From the NCBI RefSeq assembly GCF_019416685.1, contig NZ_DXWV01000071.1: DNA of 64,000 nucleotides; one strand, 5' to 3'. Position numbers and translations under genes: made by a program. How positions within the stretch are numbered: position 1 is the stretch's first letter; the number at the start of each line of letters is the position of its first letter. The notes under the pieces are model-generated. The model searched no databases and had not been told where the DNA came from. It worked only from the letters and a program-made list of their open reading frames with translations. Of this stretch, positions 1 to 10,600 are shown piece after piece. Source of the DNA: Bacteroides sp. (lineage in GTDB: Bacteria > Bacteroidota > Bacteroidia > Bacteroidales > Bacteroidaceae).

Positions 1-495
1 GCACTTTCTGCAGGTGATTTGCAAAAAGCACAGGAAATTTGTGACAAACAACGTGGTTCTGTTGCTAATGTAGTTACTGCTACTCTGAAAAAGTATGATG
101 AAATGGAAAAAGACAATACATTGTCTAAAGACCAGAAATTGCTGGCTATTCAGAAAGAACTGGAGGAAGCTACTGCTCTCGAATTGCCAATGATGGAACA
201 AAATCTTCCGATTATCGGTACTATTACAACCTTAGGTACTTTGATGGGACTACTTGGTACAGTTATCGGTATGATCCGTTCATTTGCTGCTTTGGCTGCC
301 GGTGGTAGTGCTGACTCCATGGCTTTGTCACAAGGTATTTCTGAGGCTTTGATCAATACAGCTTTTGGTATTCTTACTGGTGCACTGGCTGTTATTTCTT
401 ACAACTACTACACCAATAAGATTGATAAATTGACTTATAGCCTTGATGAGGTCGGATTCTCTATTGTGCAGACATTTGCTGCAACTCATAAATAA
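1..495 (+). CDS. exbB: MotA/TolQ/ExbB proton-channel protein, C-terminal part (5' end lies upstream of the window)
   Basis: The reading frame is open from base 1. C-terminal TM helices carry ExbB-type motifs (LGLLGTVIGMIRSF, GISEALINTAFGILTGALAVISYNYY). Two exbD genes and tonB follow. Confidence 0.9.
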   Translation, partial: ALSAGDLQKAQEICDKQRGSVANVVTATLKKYDEMEKDNTLSKDQKLLAIQKELEEATALELPMMEQNLPIIGTITTLGTLMGLLGTVIGMIRSFAALAAGGSADSMALSQGISEALINTAFGILTGALAVISYNYYTNKIDKLTYSLDEVGFSIVQTFAATHK

Positions 496-524
496 GTGTG
501 CGAACCCTTTAAAAAATAAAAATC

Positions 525-1130
525 ATGGGTAGAGCAAAAATTAAAAAGAAAAGTACGTTCATCGATATGACGGCGATGAGTGACGTTACTGTGTTGCTGC
601 TTACCTTTTTTATGTTGACTTCTACATTCGTAAAAAAGGAACCGGTACAAGTAACAACTCCAGCCTCAGTTTCTGAAATTAAAATTCCGGAAAGCAATAT
701 CCTTTCGATATTGGTCGATCCGGACGGAAAGATATTTATGAGTCTGGACAAACAATCGGATATGCGAGAAGTCTTGGAAAACATGGGGAAGGAATATGGA
801 GTAACATTTACGCCCGAGCAGGAAAAGAAGTTTGCTATCTCTTCTACATTTGGCGTACCAATGAAAAACATGAAGACTTTCCTGGATTTGCCAACGGATA
901 AGCAAGATGCTGTATTGAAGAATGAAGGTATTCCTTGTGATAGTATCGACAATCAGTTTAAGGCATGGGTACGAAATGCACGTGCCGTGAATTCTGATTT
1001 GCGTATTGCTATTAAGGCTGACCAGAATACTCCATATGCTGTGATTAAGAATGTTATGAACTCGCTTCAGGATCTCAGAGAAAACAGATATAATCTGATA
1101 ACTTCTCTGAAAACTACTTCTGAAAACTAA
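525..1130 (+). CDS. exbD: Biopolymer transporter ExbD/TolR
   Basis: Basic N-terminus followed by a single TM helix (IDMTAMSDVTVLLLTFFMLTSTF). Periplasmic domain motif IAIKADQNTPYAVIKNVMNSL. Located directly after exbB. Confidence 0.9.
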   Translation: MGRAKIKKKSTFIDMTAMSDVTVLLLTFFMLTSTFVKKEPVQVTTPASVSEIKIPESNILSILVDPDGKIFMSLDKQSDMREVLENMGKEYGVTFTPEQEKKFAISSTFGVPMKNMKTFLDLPTDKQDAVLKNEGIPCDSIDNQFKAWVRNARAVNSDLRIAIKADQNTPYAVIKNVMNSLQDLRENRYNLITSLKTTSEN

Positions 1131-1144
1131 AAACGAATAAAACT

Positions 1145-1795
1145 ATGAGTGCTGAAGTACAAGAAAGCGGTAAAAAGAAAAAAGGCAGTAAACAGAAAAA
1201 GATGACCGTACGCGTAGATTTTACGCCGATGGTAGATATGAACATGCTGCTGATTACGTTCTTTATGCTTTGTACCTCTCTGAGCAAACCTCAGACGATG
1301 GAGATAAGCATGCCGAGTAATGATAAAAATATCACAGAAGAACAACAGAGTAAAGTGAAGGCTTCACAGGCTATTACATTGTTGCTGGGAAGTGATAATA
1401 AATTATACTATTATGAAGGTGAACCTAACTATAAGGACTATACATCGTTGAAAGAGACGAGTTATAAGCCGGATGGACTGAGGGCTATACTTCTGAAAAA
1501 GAATGCGGCTGCTGTACGTAAAGTGAATGAACTGAAACAACAGAAGCTTGAACTAAAGATATCAGAGGACGAATTTACAAAGCAACTTTCTGAGATAAAA
1601 GGCGGAAAGGATACTCCGACAGTGATTATTAAAGCTACGGATGATGCTTCGTATATGAATCTGATTGATGCTCTCGATGAAATGCAAATTTGCAATATTG
1701 GTAAGTATGTGATAACGAACATTGCCGAAGCGGACGAATTCCTGATTAAGAATTACGACTCTAAAGGTGAGCTTTCACAAAATATTGCCGAATAA
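1145..1795 (+). CDS. exbD: Biopolymer transporter ExbD/TolR (second paralog)
   Basis: Motifs VDFTPMVDMNMLLITFFML and VIIKATDDASYMNLIDALDEM. Tandem with the first exbD. Confidence 0.85.
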   Translation: MSAEVQESGKKKKGSKQKKMTVRVDFTPMVDMNMLLITFFMLCTSLSKPQTMEISMPSNDKNITEEQQSKVKASQAITLLLGSDNKLYYYEGEPNYKDYTSLKETSYKPDGLRAILLKKNAAAVRKVNELKQQKLELKISEDEFTKQLSEIKGGKDTPTVIIKATDDASYMNLIDALDEMQICNIGKYVITNIAEADEFLIKNYDSKGELSQNIAE

Positions 1796-1824
1796 TTAAG
1801 TAACACCTAAAAAGAAAAAGAACA

Positions 1825-2640
1825 ATGGCAAAAATAGATTTGACCTCTTCAGCATGGTGTGATCTGATATTCAATGGCAAGAATAAGGCATATGGTGCCT
1901 ATAAGATGCGTGAAGATTCACCCAAAAGACATAATATAGCGATGCTGTTTGTAGTAGTCGTTGCATTGATCGGATTTAGTATCCCGGCACTTATCAAGCT
2001 TGCTACGCCTAAACAAAAAGAGGTAATGACTGAAGTTACTACCCTGTCGCAACTGGAAGAACCGGAAGTGAAACAGGAAGAAATGAAAAGAGTGGAGCCG
2101 GTAGCTCCTCCGCCTCCTGCCTTAAAGAGCTCTATCAAATTTACGGCACCTGTCATCAAGAAAGATGAAGAGGTACACGAAGATGATGAAATCAAGAGCC
2201 AGCAGGAATTGACGGAAACGAAAGTAGCTATCTCCATTGCCGATGTAAAGGGTAACGATGAAGCAAATGGTAAAGATATTGCTGACTTGAAGCAGGTGGT
2301 AACACAAGCTGAGCCAGAACCCGAAAAAATCTTTGATATGGTAGAACAGATGCCTACATTCCCCGGAGGAAATGCAGAGCTGATGTCTTTCCTTGCAAAG
2401 AATATTAAATATCCTACCATTGCACAGGAGAATGGAACACAGGGACGTGTAATAGTACAGTTTGTTGTGGAGAAAGATGGTTCTATTGCAGATGCACGCG
2501 TGGCACGTGGAGTAGACCCTTATCTGGACAAAGAGGCACTCCGTGTGATAAAATCCATGCCTCATTGGATTCCCGGAAAGCAGAATGGTAAGCCGGTGAG
2601 GGTGAAATATACTGTTCCGGTTATGTTTAAATTACAATAA
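1825..2640 (+). CDS. tonB: Energy transducer TonB
   Basis: N-terminal TM anchor, Pro/Glu-rich linker (EPVAPPPPALK), and a C-terminal TonB domain (MPTFPGGNAELMSFLAKNIKYPTIAQENGTQGRVIVQFVVEKDGSI ... GKPVRVKYTVPVMF). Confidence 0.92.
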   Translation: MAKIDLTSSAWCDLIFNGKNKAYGAYKMREDSPKRHNIAMLFVVVVALIGFSIPALIKLATPKQKEVMTEVTTLSQLEEPEVKQEEMKRVEPVAPPPPALKSSIKFTAPVIKKDEEVHEDDEIKSQQELTETKVAISIADVKGNDEANGKDIADLKQVVTQAEPEPEKIFDMVEQMPTFPGGNAELMSFLAKNIKYPTIAQENGTQGRVIVQFVVEKDGSIADARVARGVDPYLDKEALRVIKSMPHWIPGKQNGKPVRVKYTVPVMFKLQ

Positions 2641-2644
2641 TGTG

Positions 2645-3592
2645 ATGATGAAGAGACAATTCTGGTTAATTAGTTTTTGTGTTTTGGTTGCATTGACTTC
2701 ATGTAACCGTAAACCTAAAGACGGATTTACAGATACATATACGTCAGGTGTTATCTCTATTGCTGCGGATGAAAGTTTTCAGCCTATTGTGCAGGAAGAG
2801 ATAGATGTGTTTGAGGGAATATATCCTTTGGCCGGAATTGTCCCTCGTTATACTACTGAGGTTGATGCTGTCAATCTTCTTCTGAAAGACAGTGTGCGTC
2901 TGGCGATAACCACCCGTACATTGACCAAAGAAGAGATGAACTCATTTCATAGCCGTAAGTTTTTCCCTCGGGAGATTAAACTGGCTACGGATGGACTGGC
3001 TCTGATTGTAAATCGTCAAAATCGGGATTCACTGATTAGTGTACGGGATATTCGTCGGATACTAACCGGTGAGGTAACAAGTTGGAAGGATATTTATCCG
3101 GATTCACGTTTGAAGGATATCAGTGTGGTATTTGATAATCCTAATTCAAGTACAGTGCGTTTCGCGACTGATTCTATTTGTGGTGGAAAATCGCTTTCTA
3201 CGACGAATGTAAAAGCTTTGCGAACCAATCAGCAAGTTATCAATTATGTGGCTCAGACACCGGATGCTATTGGAGTAATTGGTGTGAACTGGTTAGGTAA
3301 CCGAAGCGATACAACTAATCTTTCTTTCCGTGATGAAGTTAGGGTGATGTCTGTCAGTGCTGAGGATATAGCTACACCGGAAAATAGTTACAAGCCTTAT
3401 CAGGCCTATTTATATTATGGAGACTATCCATTGGCACGACCGATTTATATTTTATTGAACGATCCTCGTAGTACTTTGCCCTGGGGATTTGCTTCATTTT
3501 TGACTTCCGACAGAGGGCAGCGGATTATATTAAAGTCCGGATTAGTTCCGGCCACTCAACCAGTACGTATAGTGAGTGTAAAAGACGAATAA
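2645..3592 (+). CDS. PstS-family / PBP-like periplasmic substrate-binding lipoprotein
   Basis: Lipoprotein-type signal (LVALTSCN). Type-2 periplasmic-binding-fold motifs (GVISIAADESF, DGLALIVNRQN, FDNPNSSTVRF, IGVIGVNW). The ORF-track start at 2642 is GTG; in-frame ATGs occur at 2645 and 2648. Confidence 0.65.
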   Translation: MMKRQFWLISFCVLVALTSCNRKPKDGFTDTYTSGVISIAADESFQPIVQEEIDVFEGIYPLAGIVPRYTTEVDAVNLLLKDSVRLAITTRTLTKEEMNSFHSRKFFPREIKLATDGLALIVNRQNRDSLISVRDIRRILTGEVTSWKDIYPDSRLKDISVVFDNPNSSTVRFATDSICGGKSLSTTNVKALRTNQQVINYVAQTPDAIGVIGVNWLGNRSDTTNLSFRDEVRVMSVSAEDIATPENSYKPYQAYLYYGDYPLARPIYILLNDPRSTLPWGFASFLTSDRGQRIILKSGLVPATQPVRIVSVKDE

Positions 3593-3610
3593 TAACTAAA
3601 ATTGATTACA

Positions 3611-5044
3611 ATGAAACGATTTCAATTATTTTTAGCAGGGGCATTTATAGCAACCGGTTCTCTTTTTGCACAATCGGGAGATGCCGAATGGCAAGCTGGA
3701 TTTGCCAAAATGAAAACTCTTATTCAGACCGATCTGAACCAGGCTTCGGAACAGGCTGATCAATTATTGAAAGGAAAAAATAAAAAGAATCCGGAATTAG
3801 TGATAGCTGTGGCGCATGCATTTCTGGATGCTGGAAAACTGTCTGAAGCAGAAGAATATCTGACTTTGGCAAAGAAAATAGATAGAAAATCTGCTGATGT
3901 TTCTATTCTGGAGGGAGACATTGCTTTTGCCCGGAAAGATGCAGGTACTGCCTGTCAGATGTATGAACAAGCTATTTATTTTAATCCGAAGAGTGAACAG
4001 GCCTATTTAAAACTGGCCGATATATACAAAGGAGCTAATCCACAACAGGCTATTGAGAAACTGGAACAGCTGAAAGCGGTTGATCCTTCAAGTGTACAGG
4101 CTGACAAAAAACTGGCTGAGGTATACTATATGAACAATCGCTTCGATAAGGCTGCTGAAGCATATGCCCGTTTTATAGATACTCCTGAAGCTACGGAGAA
4201 TGATTTAGTGAAATATGCATTTGCTCTTTTCCTGAATCATAAATTTGATAAATCTTTGGAGATAGCCAATAAGGGGTTGCAACGAAATGCCCGTCATGCT
4301 GCTTTCAATCGCTTGGCGATGTATAACTATACGGATATGAAACGTTATGACGAAGCTAAGAAAGCAGCCGATGCCTTCTTCGGTGCTTCTGATAATGCTG
4401 ATTATTCTTATTTGGACTATATGTATTACGGACATCTGCTCAATGCTATAAAAATGTATGATGAAGCTGTCATACAATATCAGAAAGCTATTGAACTGGA
4501 TGCAACGAAAACTGATTTATGGCGTGAGATTTCTAACGCTTATGAGCAGAAGAACGATTATACGAAGGCTATTGATGCCTACCAGAAGTACTATAAGTCA
4601 TTGTCTGCTGATAAACAGACCTCTGACTTGCAGTTCCAGATAGGAAAACTTTATTACGGAAAAGGTACACAAGGTGATACCCTGACCGTTAGTCTTGATG
4701 AACGTAAGGCTGCTCTTGCTTCAGCTGATTCTGTTTTTGCAGTGATAGCTCAGGCTGCTCCGGATAGTTATTTGGGTAACTTCTGGCGTGCACGTGCTAA
4801 TTCTGCGTTAGACCCGGAAACAACGCAAGGTCTGGCTAAACCTTATTATGAAGAGGTGGCTACATTGCTGGAAAGCAAAAATGACCCGCATTACAATTCC
4901 GCGCTTATCGAGTGTTACAGTTATCTGGGATATTATTATCTGGTGGCTAATAAGCTGCCTGAATCCAAAGATTACTGGAACAAAATTCTGGCTATAGACC
5001 CCGCTAATGCTACTGCAAAAAGGGCATTGGATGGCATCAAATAG
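3611..5044 (+). CDS. Tetratricopeptide-repeat (TPR) protein with signal peptide
   Basis: Repeated TPR-like A..Y..A...P / Y..LG..Y units run throughout (AYLKLADIYKG, AAEAYARFI, AIDAYQKYY, YSYLGYYYL). The first ATG is at 3611, in frame with the TTG at 3602. Confidence 0.8.
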   Translation: MKRFQLFLAGAFIATGSLFAQSGDAEWQAGFAKMKTLIQTDLNQASEQADQLLKGKNKKNPELVIAVAHAFLDAGKLSEAEEYLTLAKKIDRKSADVSILEGDIAFARKDAGTACQMYEQAIYFNPKSEQAYLKLADIYKGANPQQAIEKLEQLKAVDPSSVQADKKLAEVYYMNNRFDKAAEAYARFIDTPEATENDLVKYAFALFLNHKFDKSLEIANKGLQRNARHAAFNRLAMYNYTDMKRYDEAKKAADAFFGASDNADYSYLDYMYYGHLLNAIKMYDEAVIQYQKAIELDATKTDLWREISNAYEQKNDYTKAIDAYQKYYKSLSADKQTSDLQFQIGKLYYGKGTQGDTLTVSLDERKAALASADSVFAVIAQAAPDSYLGNFWRARANSALDPETTQGLAKPYYEEVATLLESKNDPHYNSALIECYSYLGYYYLVANKLPESKDYWNKILAIDPANATAKRALDGIK

Positions 5045-5069
5045 TAATAATTTTAGTTGTTTGTCGTGT

Positions 5070-5107
5070 GGGAGGAGTGGAGAGTGATCTTAGCTCCTCT
5101 CTTTTTT
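5070..5107 (+). terminator. Intrinsic terminator after the TPR gene
   Basis: GAGGAG / CTCCTC stem (5072-5077 pairs with 5094-5099, extendable) followed by TTTTTT at 5102-5107. Confidence 0.55.
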
Positions 5108-5332
5108 GTTTTTAACTTTAATGAACTTATGACCGGGTATATCTTATCATAAATGTATATATAAATTTTAGCTTAACCGCCCATGCTGAAAAGATAATTA
5201 ATTGTCATACAAGAAAGTAGCGAGGATTTGTTTGGTCGGTATTCTACTATGAAATTCTGGTAAAAAGACACAAAAGAATTATGGATAAATAAAAACACTT
5301 CTAAAGTTGCTTGATTTTCCATTTAGTTTTTA

Positions 5333-5340
5333 TAGTTTTG
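5333..5340 (+). promoter_or_regulatory. Bacteroidota -7 promoter motif (TAnnTTTG) upstream of the ECF sigma gene
   Basis: TAGTTTTG lies 45 nt upstream of the ATG at 5385. Confidence 0.3.
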
Positions 5341-5384
5341 TGTGATTGAACTTTGGAAACATTATATTTGAACTGTAATATAAT

Positions 5385-5981
5385 ATGCAAATAACTGATG
5401 AGAGTAGTGCGGTAAAGTGGCAAGAATTCTTGCAAGGAGATGAGGATGCGTACTCATGGCTTTATAAAACGTATATACAATTATTATATAGTTATGGCCT
5501 GCATTTTACAATGGATGGTGAACTTATCAAAGATTGTATCCAAGAGGTTTTTACAAAAATATATAAGAACAGAAAAACACTTATACTGCCGGACAATGTG
5601 AGGCTTTATTTACTCATCGCATTAAAAAACTGTTTATTGAATGCGTTAAATAAACAATACAGATATACTGATCTGGAATCTATTCCTTTTATTCTGAGTG
5701 AAACAGTGGAAGATGAATTTTTATCTACTGAAGCCAGCAAATTACAAAAAGAAGAAGTAGAAAATATTCTTTCTATTTTAACTCCGAGACAGAGAGAAAT
5801 TATGTATTATCGTTTTGTTGAGGAGATGGATTTTGATCAGATTTGCAAGATCATGGATTTAAATTATAATTCTGCGCACAATCTGATTCAACGTGCATTG
5901 AAAAAGGTAAGAGATAATTATGATTCTATATTATTCTATCTATTCATTTTAAATTATTTCTCCAAGAATCCAGGGCTTTAA
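5385..5981 (+). CDS. ECF-type RNA polymerase sigma-70 factor
   Basis: Region 2 (YKTYIQLLYSYGLHF ... DCIQEVFTKIY) and a region 4 HTH (LTPRQREIMYYRFVEEMDFDQICKIMDLNYNSAHNLIQRALKKV). Confidence 0.88.
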   Translation: MQITDESSAVKWQEFLQGDEDAYSWLYKTYIQLLYSYGLHFTMDGELIKDCIQEVFTKIYKNRKTLILPDNVRLYLLIALKNCLLNALNKQYRYTDLESIPFILSETVEDEFLSTEASKLQKEEVENILSILTPRQREIMYYRFVEEMDFDQICKIMDLNYNSAHNLIQRALKKVRDNYDSILFYLFILNYFSKNPGL

Positions 5982-6072
5982 TTTATTTCTTTTTTGATTT
6001 GTACAGGTTGACTAAATAAGAGGTATATAGTGTTATTCCTTGCTTATTGGTCTCTACTTCTTTATTAAAAAC

Positions 6073-6184
6073 AATCTATTTACGATTAGACGATTTACGA
6101 TTGGGATTACTCTGTCTCTAACAGCACTGAAACAGGCTTTTAAAGAGTAACTTCAATCGTACATCGTCTAATCGTAAATAGATT
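6073..6184. repeat. Palindromic (hairpin) repeat element, copy 1
   Basis: AATCTATTTACGATTAGACGAT...ATCGTCTAATCGTAAATAGATT. The arms pair over about 40 bp around a roughly 30-nt centre. A near-identical copy lies at 23958-24084 in the same orientation. Confidence 0.9.
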
Positions 6185-6316
6185 CATCCCTTCCCTCTTT
6201 TTTTATGTCATTGTGAAGCTGTTTTTTTAAGTGCGAACATTTTATTTCATATTTTTTTTCTAAAAAGTGAGTAATTAATGAGTTTACGTTTGTCTCTATA
6301 GTATAAATAAGTCAAA

Positions 6317-7507
6317 ATGGATAAAAATTACAATACATATAAGGCTGACCAACTTTTGGATGATGACTACTTTTTAATGTCAGAACAACATCCTACGCCA
6401 GAAACCAGGAAATTTTGGAAGGCGCAACAAAAACGTTTCCCGGAATTGACTCATGAGATAGAATTGGCACGAAAAGTAATGAGTGCTTTCAAAAAAGAAA
6501 CTATTGAAGTTCTTTCGGAAGAGGATGTAGATATACTTTGGAACCGCATACAGAAAGTAAACAGACAGCAGGATAAGAGAAAGACGTTCTCTATGATTGC
6601 CAGATGGTCTGTAGCAGCTTGTTTTGCTATTGTAATAGCAGGAGGGTGGCTGGTGGTTAAGCATCATACAGAATCGGATAAATTTATGTCTGTTGTTGCT
6701 GCTTTGCCAAAACCGGATAAGACAGCTACTGATGTGCAGTTGATATTGTCGGAAGATAAAGAGATTGTCATTGATACGAAAAAATCTCATATTGTGTATG
6801 ATAAAGATGGACAGATACGTGTCGAGACAGAAAAAACGACAGAGGTAATGGAGGATAATGATGATGTGAGTTATAATCAGCTGGTAGTTCCACTTGGTAA
6901 AAGCTCATCTATTACTTTCACTGATGGAACTAAAATTTGGGTCAATGCCGGAACAAGAGTTGTGTATCCTGCTGCTTTTGCACAGCGACAGCGTGAGATT
7001 TATGTAGAGGGAGAAGCTTATTTGGAAGTTGCACCGGATAAAACAAGACCTTTTATAGTGAAAACGGATGGTATGCAAGTAAGGGTTTTAGGAACTAAAT
7101 TTAATGTAAATGCTTATACCGATGACGTTGTAAAAGAAGTGGCGCTTGTGAGTGGTAAGGTAGAAGTTCTGACTGATAAAAAAGAGGGAGTATTGCTTAA
7201 ACCGAATCAATTGCTTTCTTACAATAATGATCAGATAAAGGTGAAAAATGTTGATGCTACACAGTATACGTTGTGGAAAGATGGACTCTATCAGTATTAT
7301 CATGAATATCTTAATAAGGTTTTCAAGAGTTTATCCAGATACTATGGTAGAGAGATAATATGCGGAGAGGGAGTGGCCACTCTTACTTGCTCCGGAAAAC
7401 TGGATCTGAAAAATGAGCTTTCTGACGTGCTTGATGTTTTAAAAAGGGCAGCACCGATTGAAGTGTACGAAACAGATGAGAAAATATATATTAATGTTAA
7501 ACCCTAA
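6317..7507 (+). CDS. FecR-family anti-sigma factor / transmembrane sensor
   Basis: Central TM helix (WSVAACFAIVIAGGWLVV). FecR domain motifs (DGTKIWVNAGTRVVYP, EIYVEGEAYLEVA, PFIVKTDGMQVRVLGTKFNVNAY). Positioned between the sigma gene and an STN-SusC. Confidence 0.88.
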   Translation: MDKNYNTYKADQLLDDDYFLMSEQHPTPETRKFWKAQQKRFPELTHEIELARKVMSAFKKETIEVLSEEDVDILWNRIQKVNRQQDKRKTFSMIARWSVAACFAIVIAGGWLVVKHHTESDKFMSVVAALPKPDKTATDVQLILSEDKEIVIDTKKSHIVYDKDGQIRVETEKTTEVMEDNDDVSYNQLVVPLGKSSSITFTDGTKIWVNAGTRVVYPAAFAQRQREIYVEGEAYLEVAPDKTRPFIVKTDGMQVRVLGTKFNVNAYTDDVVKEVALVSGKVEVLTDKKEGVLLKPNQLLSYNNDQIKVKNVDATQYTLWKDGLYQYYHEYLNKVFKSLSRYYGREIICGEGVATLTCSGKLDLKNELSDVLDVLKRAAPIEVYETDEKIYINVKP

Positions 7508-7560
7508 AAAACAAATGGATAGAATGAAAGACGACTCGTAAAACATGATCACAAAAAAAA

Positions 7561-7598
7561 GCCAGATAATATGGCGAATTATCCGGCCCTGTTTTTTT
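7561..7598 (+). terminator. Hairpin plus T-run between the anti-sigma and susC-like genes (terminator or attenuator)
   Basis: GCCAGATAAT / ATTATCCGGC stem with one mismatch, a 7-nt loop, then CCTGTTTTTTT. Confidence 0.5.
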
Positions 7599-7647
7599 AT
7601 TAAATTTACACACACACAAATGTGTTAACTTAAAATCATTCAAATGT

Positions 7648-10600
7648 ATGAAAAATATAGATACGTTTGACCTTTCTAAGGTCGAACAGGTACGATTTTT
7701 ACAAATATTGAAGGTTTCAATACTCTTTTTAATACTTAGTTGGAACCCAGTTTTCGCTTCTACTTTCCCGGCTCAGACGCTTATTACTATCGAAGCAAAA
7801 AGTAAAGCTGTCAAAGAAGTCTTTAACGACATAGAAAAACAGAGTGAGTTTATTGTTTTCTTCTTAGATCAAAATATAGACGTTGACAGAAAGGTGAGTC
7901 TCTCTGCAAAGAAGCAAACGGTTAATAAGATTCTGGATCAGATGTTTAAAGGGACAGATGTTTCTTATTCTATTGTGGGAAGGCAAATCGTAATTTCTAA
8001 AGTTGCCAATAAGGCATCTACAACTCAACAGAGTAAAAAGTGGACATTAAAAGGACTGTTGACTGATGTTGATGGTAATCCGATTGTAGGAGCTTCTGTA
8101 ATGTTGAAAGGAACTTCGACCGGAGTTTTATCTGATGTAAATGGTTATTATGCTATTGAAGTAGAAAACGGACAGACATTGGAATACCGGTTTATTGGAT
8201 TTGATACGGAAGAGAAAGTCGTGAAGGCTGGTATGAATGGTAATCTACGCATGCGGGAATCCAGTGTAAATCTGGATGATGTGGTTGTGATAGGCTACGG
8301 TCAACAAAAAAAAGAGAGTGTAGTTGCTTCTATTAATTCCATAGGTCCGGCTGAACTTTCTATGCCACAACGCAATCTTAGAAATAATATTGCGGGTCAG
8401 GTAGCTGGTATCATAGCTATTCAGCGGAGTGGAGAACCAGGAAATGATAGTGCTGAATTCTGGATCCGCGGTCAAAGTTCGTATGCAGGAGGTACTTCTC
8501 CATTGGTTCTGGTAGATGGAGTTCCCCGTTCGATGGATGATATCGATGTGGATGAAATAGAAACATTTTCAGTATTAAAGGATGCGGCTGCTACGGCCGT
8601 ATACGGTTCGGAAGGAGCCAATGGTGTCGTATTGATAACATCTAAACGAGGAAAAGCACAAAAAACAAATATTAGTTTCAGGGCACAATACAGTGTAGTT
8701 ACACCTACGAGAATGCCTGAATTATTACCTTCATATGACTACCTGTCACTCTATAATGAAGGACAATGGAATGAAGCCGGTAATCCGGATTGGGATACAT
8801 TTAATAGGACTTACTCGGATGAGTTATTAGAGAAATATCGTACAGGGGCAGATCCTGACTTATATCCCAATGTGAATTGGATGGATCTGCTGTCTAACAA
8901 CACACACAATCAACGCTATACATTGAATTTCAGAGGTGGATCTGAAAAAGCTAAGTTTTTTATATCAGGAGCTTACTACAATGAAACCGGTATATTCAAA
9001 TCCAACCCGATTGAAAAATATGATGCCAATATTGGTCTTGACCGCTATAATTTGCGAACTAATGTGGATATGGATATTACATCGACTACTAAAATATCGG
9101 TAGATCTTAGCGGGCAGTATAAGACAAAAAACAATCCGGGAAATACTTCGGATGCTATTTTTGATATGATTACCCAGTTCCCGACACATTACATTCCAAT
9201 GTATTATTCTGACGGTAGTATTTCAGAACACTATACATTTGACCCGAGTACTCGTTCTAATCCGTATAACATGTTGAATCACTACGGATATACCAAAAGT
9301 TGGAGTATGAATGTGCAGTCTAAAGTCACTTTAGATCAAAAGCTGGATATAATTACAAAAGGGCTTTCCTGGAAAGGAAGTGTTAGTTTTGATGCATCGG
9401 CTTATTCTATTATTAAGCGTGAAAAGTCTCCGAATTCATATTATGCAACCGGACGCGACGAAGAAGGGAATCTGATAAAAACAGAGATTAAGCAAGGTAG
9501 TGCACTGGGCAATCCGGCCTATTCAAGCTCGGGTGGTGAGAAGAAAATCTATATTGAAACTTCTTTGAATTATAAAAGACTTTTTAAGGAAAAACATGAT
9601 GTTTCGGGTATTTTACTGTATATGCAGAAAGAAAGTCAGAACCAGAATGTTTCGGGTATACAGTTACTTCCGTACAGAAAGCAGAGTGTGGTAGCCAGAG
9701 TTGCTTATGGTTATGACAATCGTTATATGCTGGAAGGTAGCTTCGGTGCAACCGGTAGTGAAAACTTTGCATCAGGACACCGCTGGGGAATTTTTCCGGC
9801 AGTTGGGGCAGCTTGGTACGTTAGCCATGAAAAGTTTATGGAACCTTTGGAAAATACCTTAAGTAAACTAAAGCTGAGAGCTTCCTTCGGTATTACCGGT
9901 AATGATGAGATTGGTTCGAGTTCTCGCTTTCCTTATAGGGAATCACTTTCAACAGGAGGTACCGGATACAATATGGGACTTACTCCGGGTGTGAATGGTG
10001 ATGTAACCGGAGCTAGCGGTGGCGGAATTATCGAACAGGATTTTGCAACTCCTAATCTGACCTGGGAACGTGAGCGCAAAATAAATATTGGTGCCGATCT
10101 GGGATTCTTCAAAGGTAGTGTTGACTTGATTGTGGACTGGTTTGCCAATCGTCGTAATAATATTCTGTTACGTCGTAAAACAATTCCTTCGGCTGCCGGA
10201 TTTCGTAATAGTCCCTGGCAAAATTTTGGAGTTACCACCAATAAAGGTATTGATGCAAGTTTAGTCTTTAAACAGCAGATTGGGAAGGTCTTTATGTCAG
10301 TGAGAGGAAATCTTACTTATGCTAAAAACAAAGTAGAAGAGTATGATGAAGTGCCTCAGGTTTATCAGTATCAGGCTTATACAGGTCAGTCTATCGGACA
10401 ACCGTTGGTATACGTAGCCGAAGGTTTATATACTCCTGACGATTTTGATATTGTAGAAAATACAAATGGAAGTAAGACTTATACATTGAAAGATGGTATG
10501 CCCAATCCGGGTACTCAGGTTGCTCCGGGCGATATCAAATATAAAGATTTGAATGGAGATAAGAAGATTGATTCTTTGGATAAGACATACGAGAATGGTT

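Noticed and set aside
1-5044. The exbB-exbD-exbD-tonB-PstS-like-TPR cluster, considered as something unusual.
   Set aside because: To my knowledge this gene order is a widely conserved housekeeping arrangement in Bacteroidota. Nothing in the sequence departs from it.
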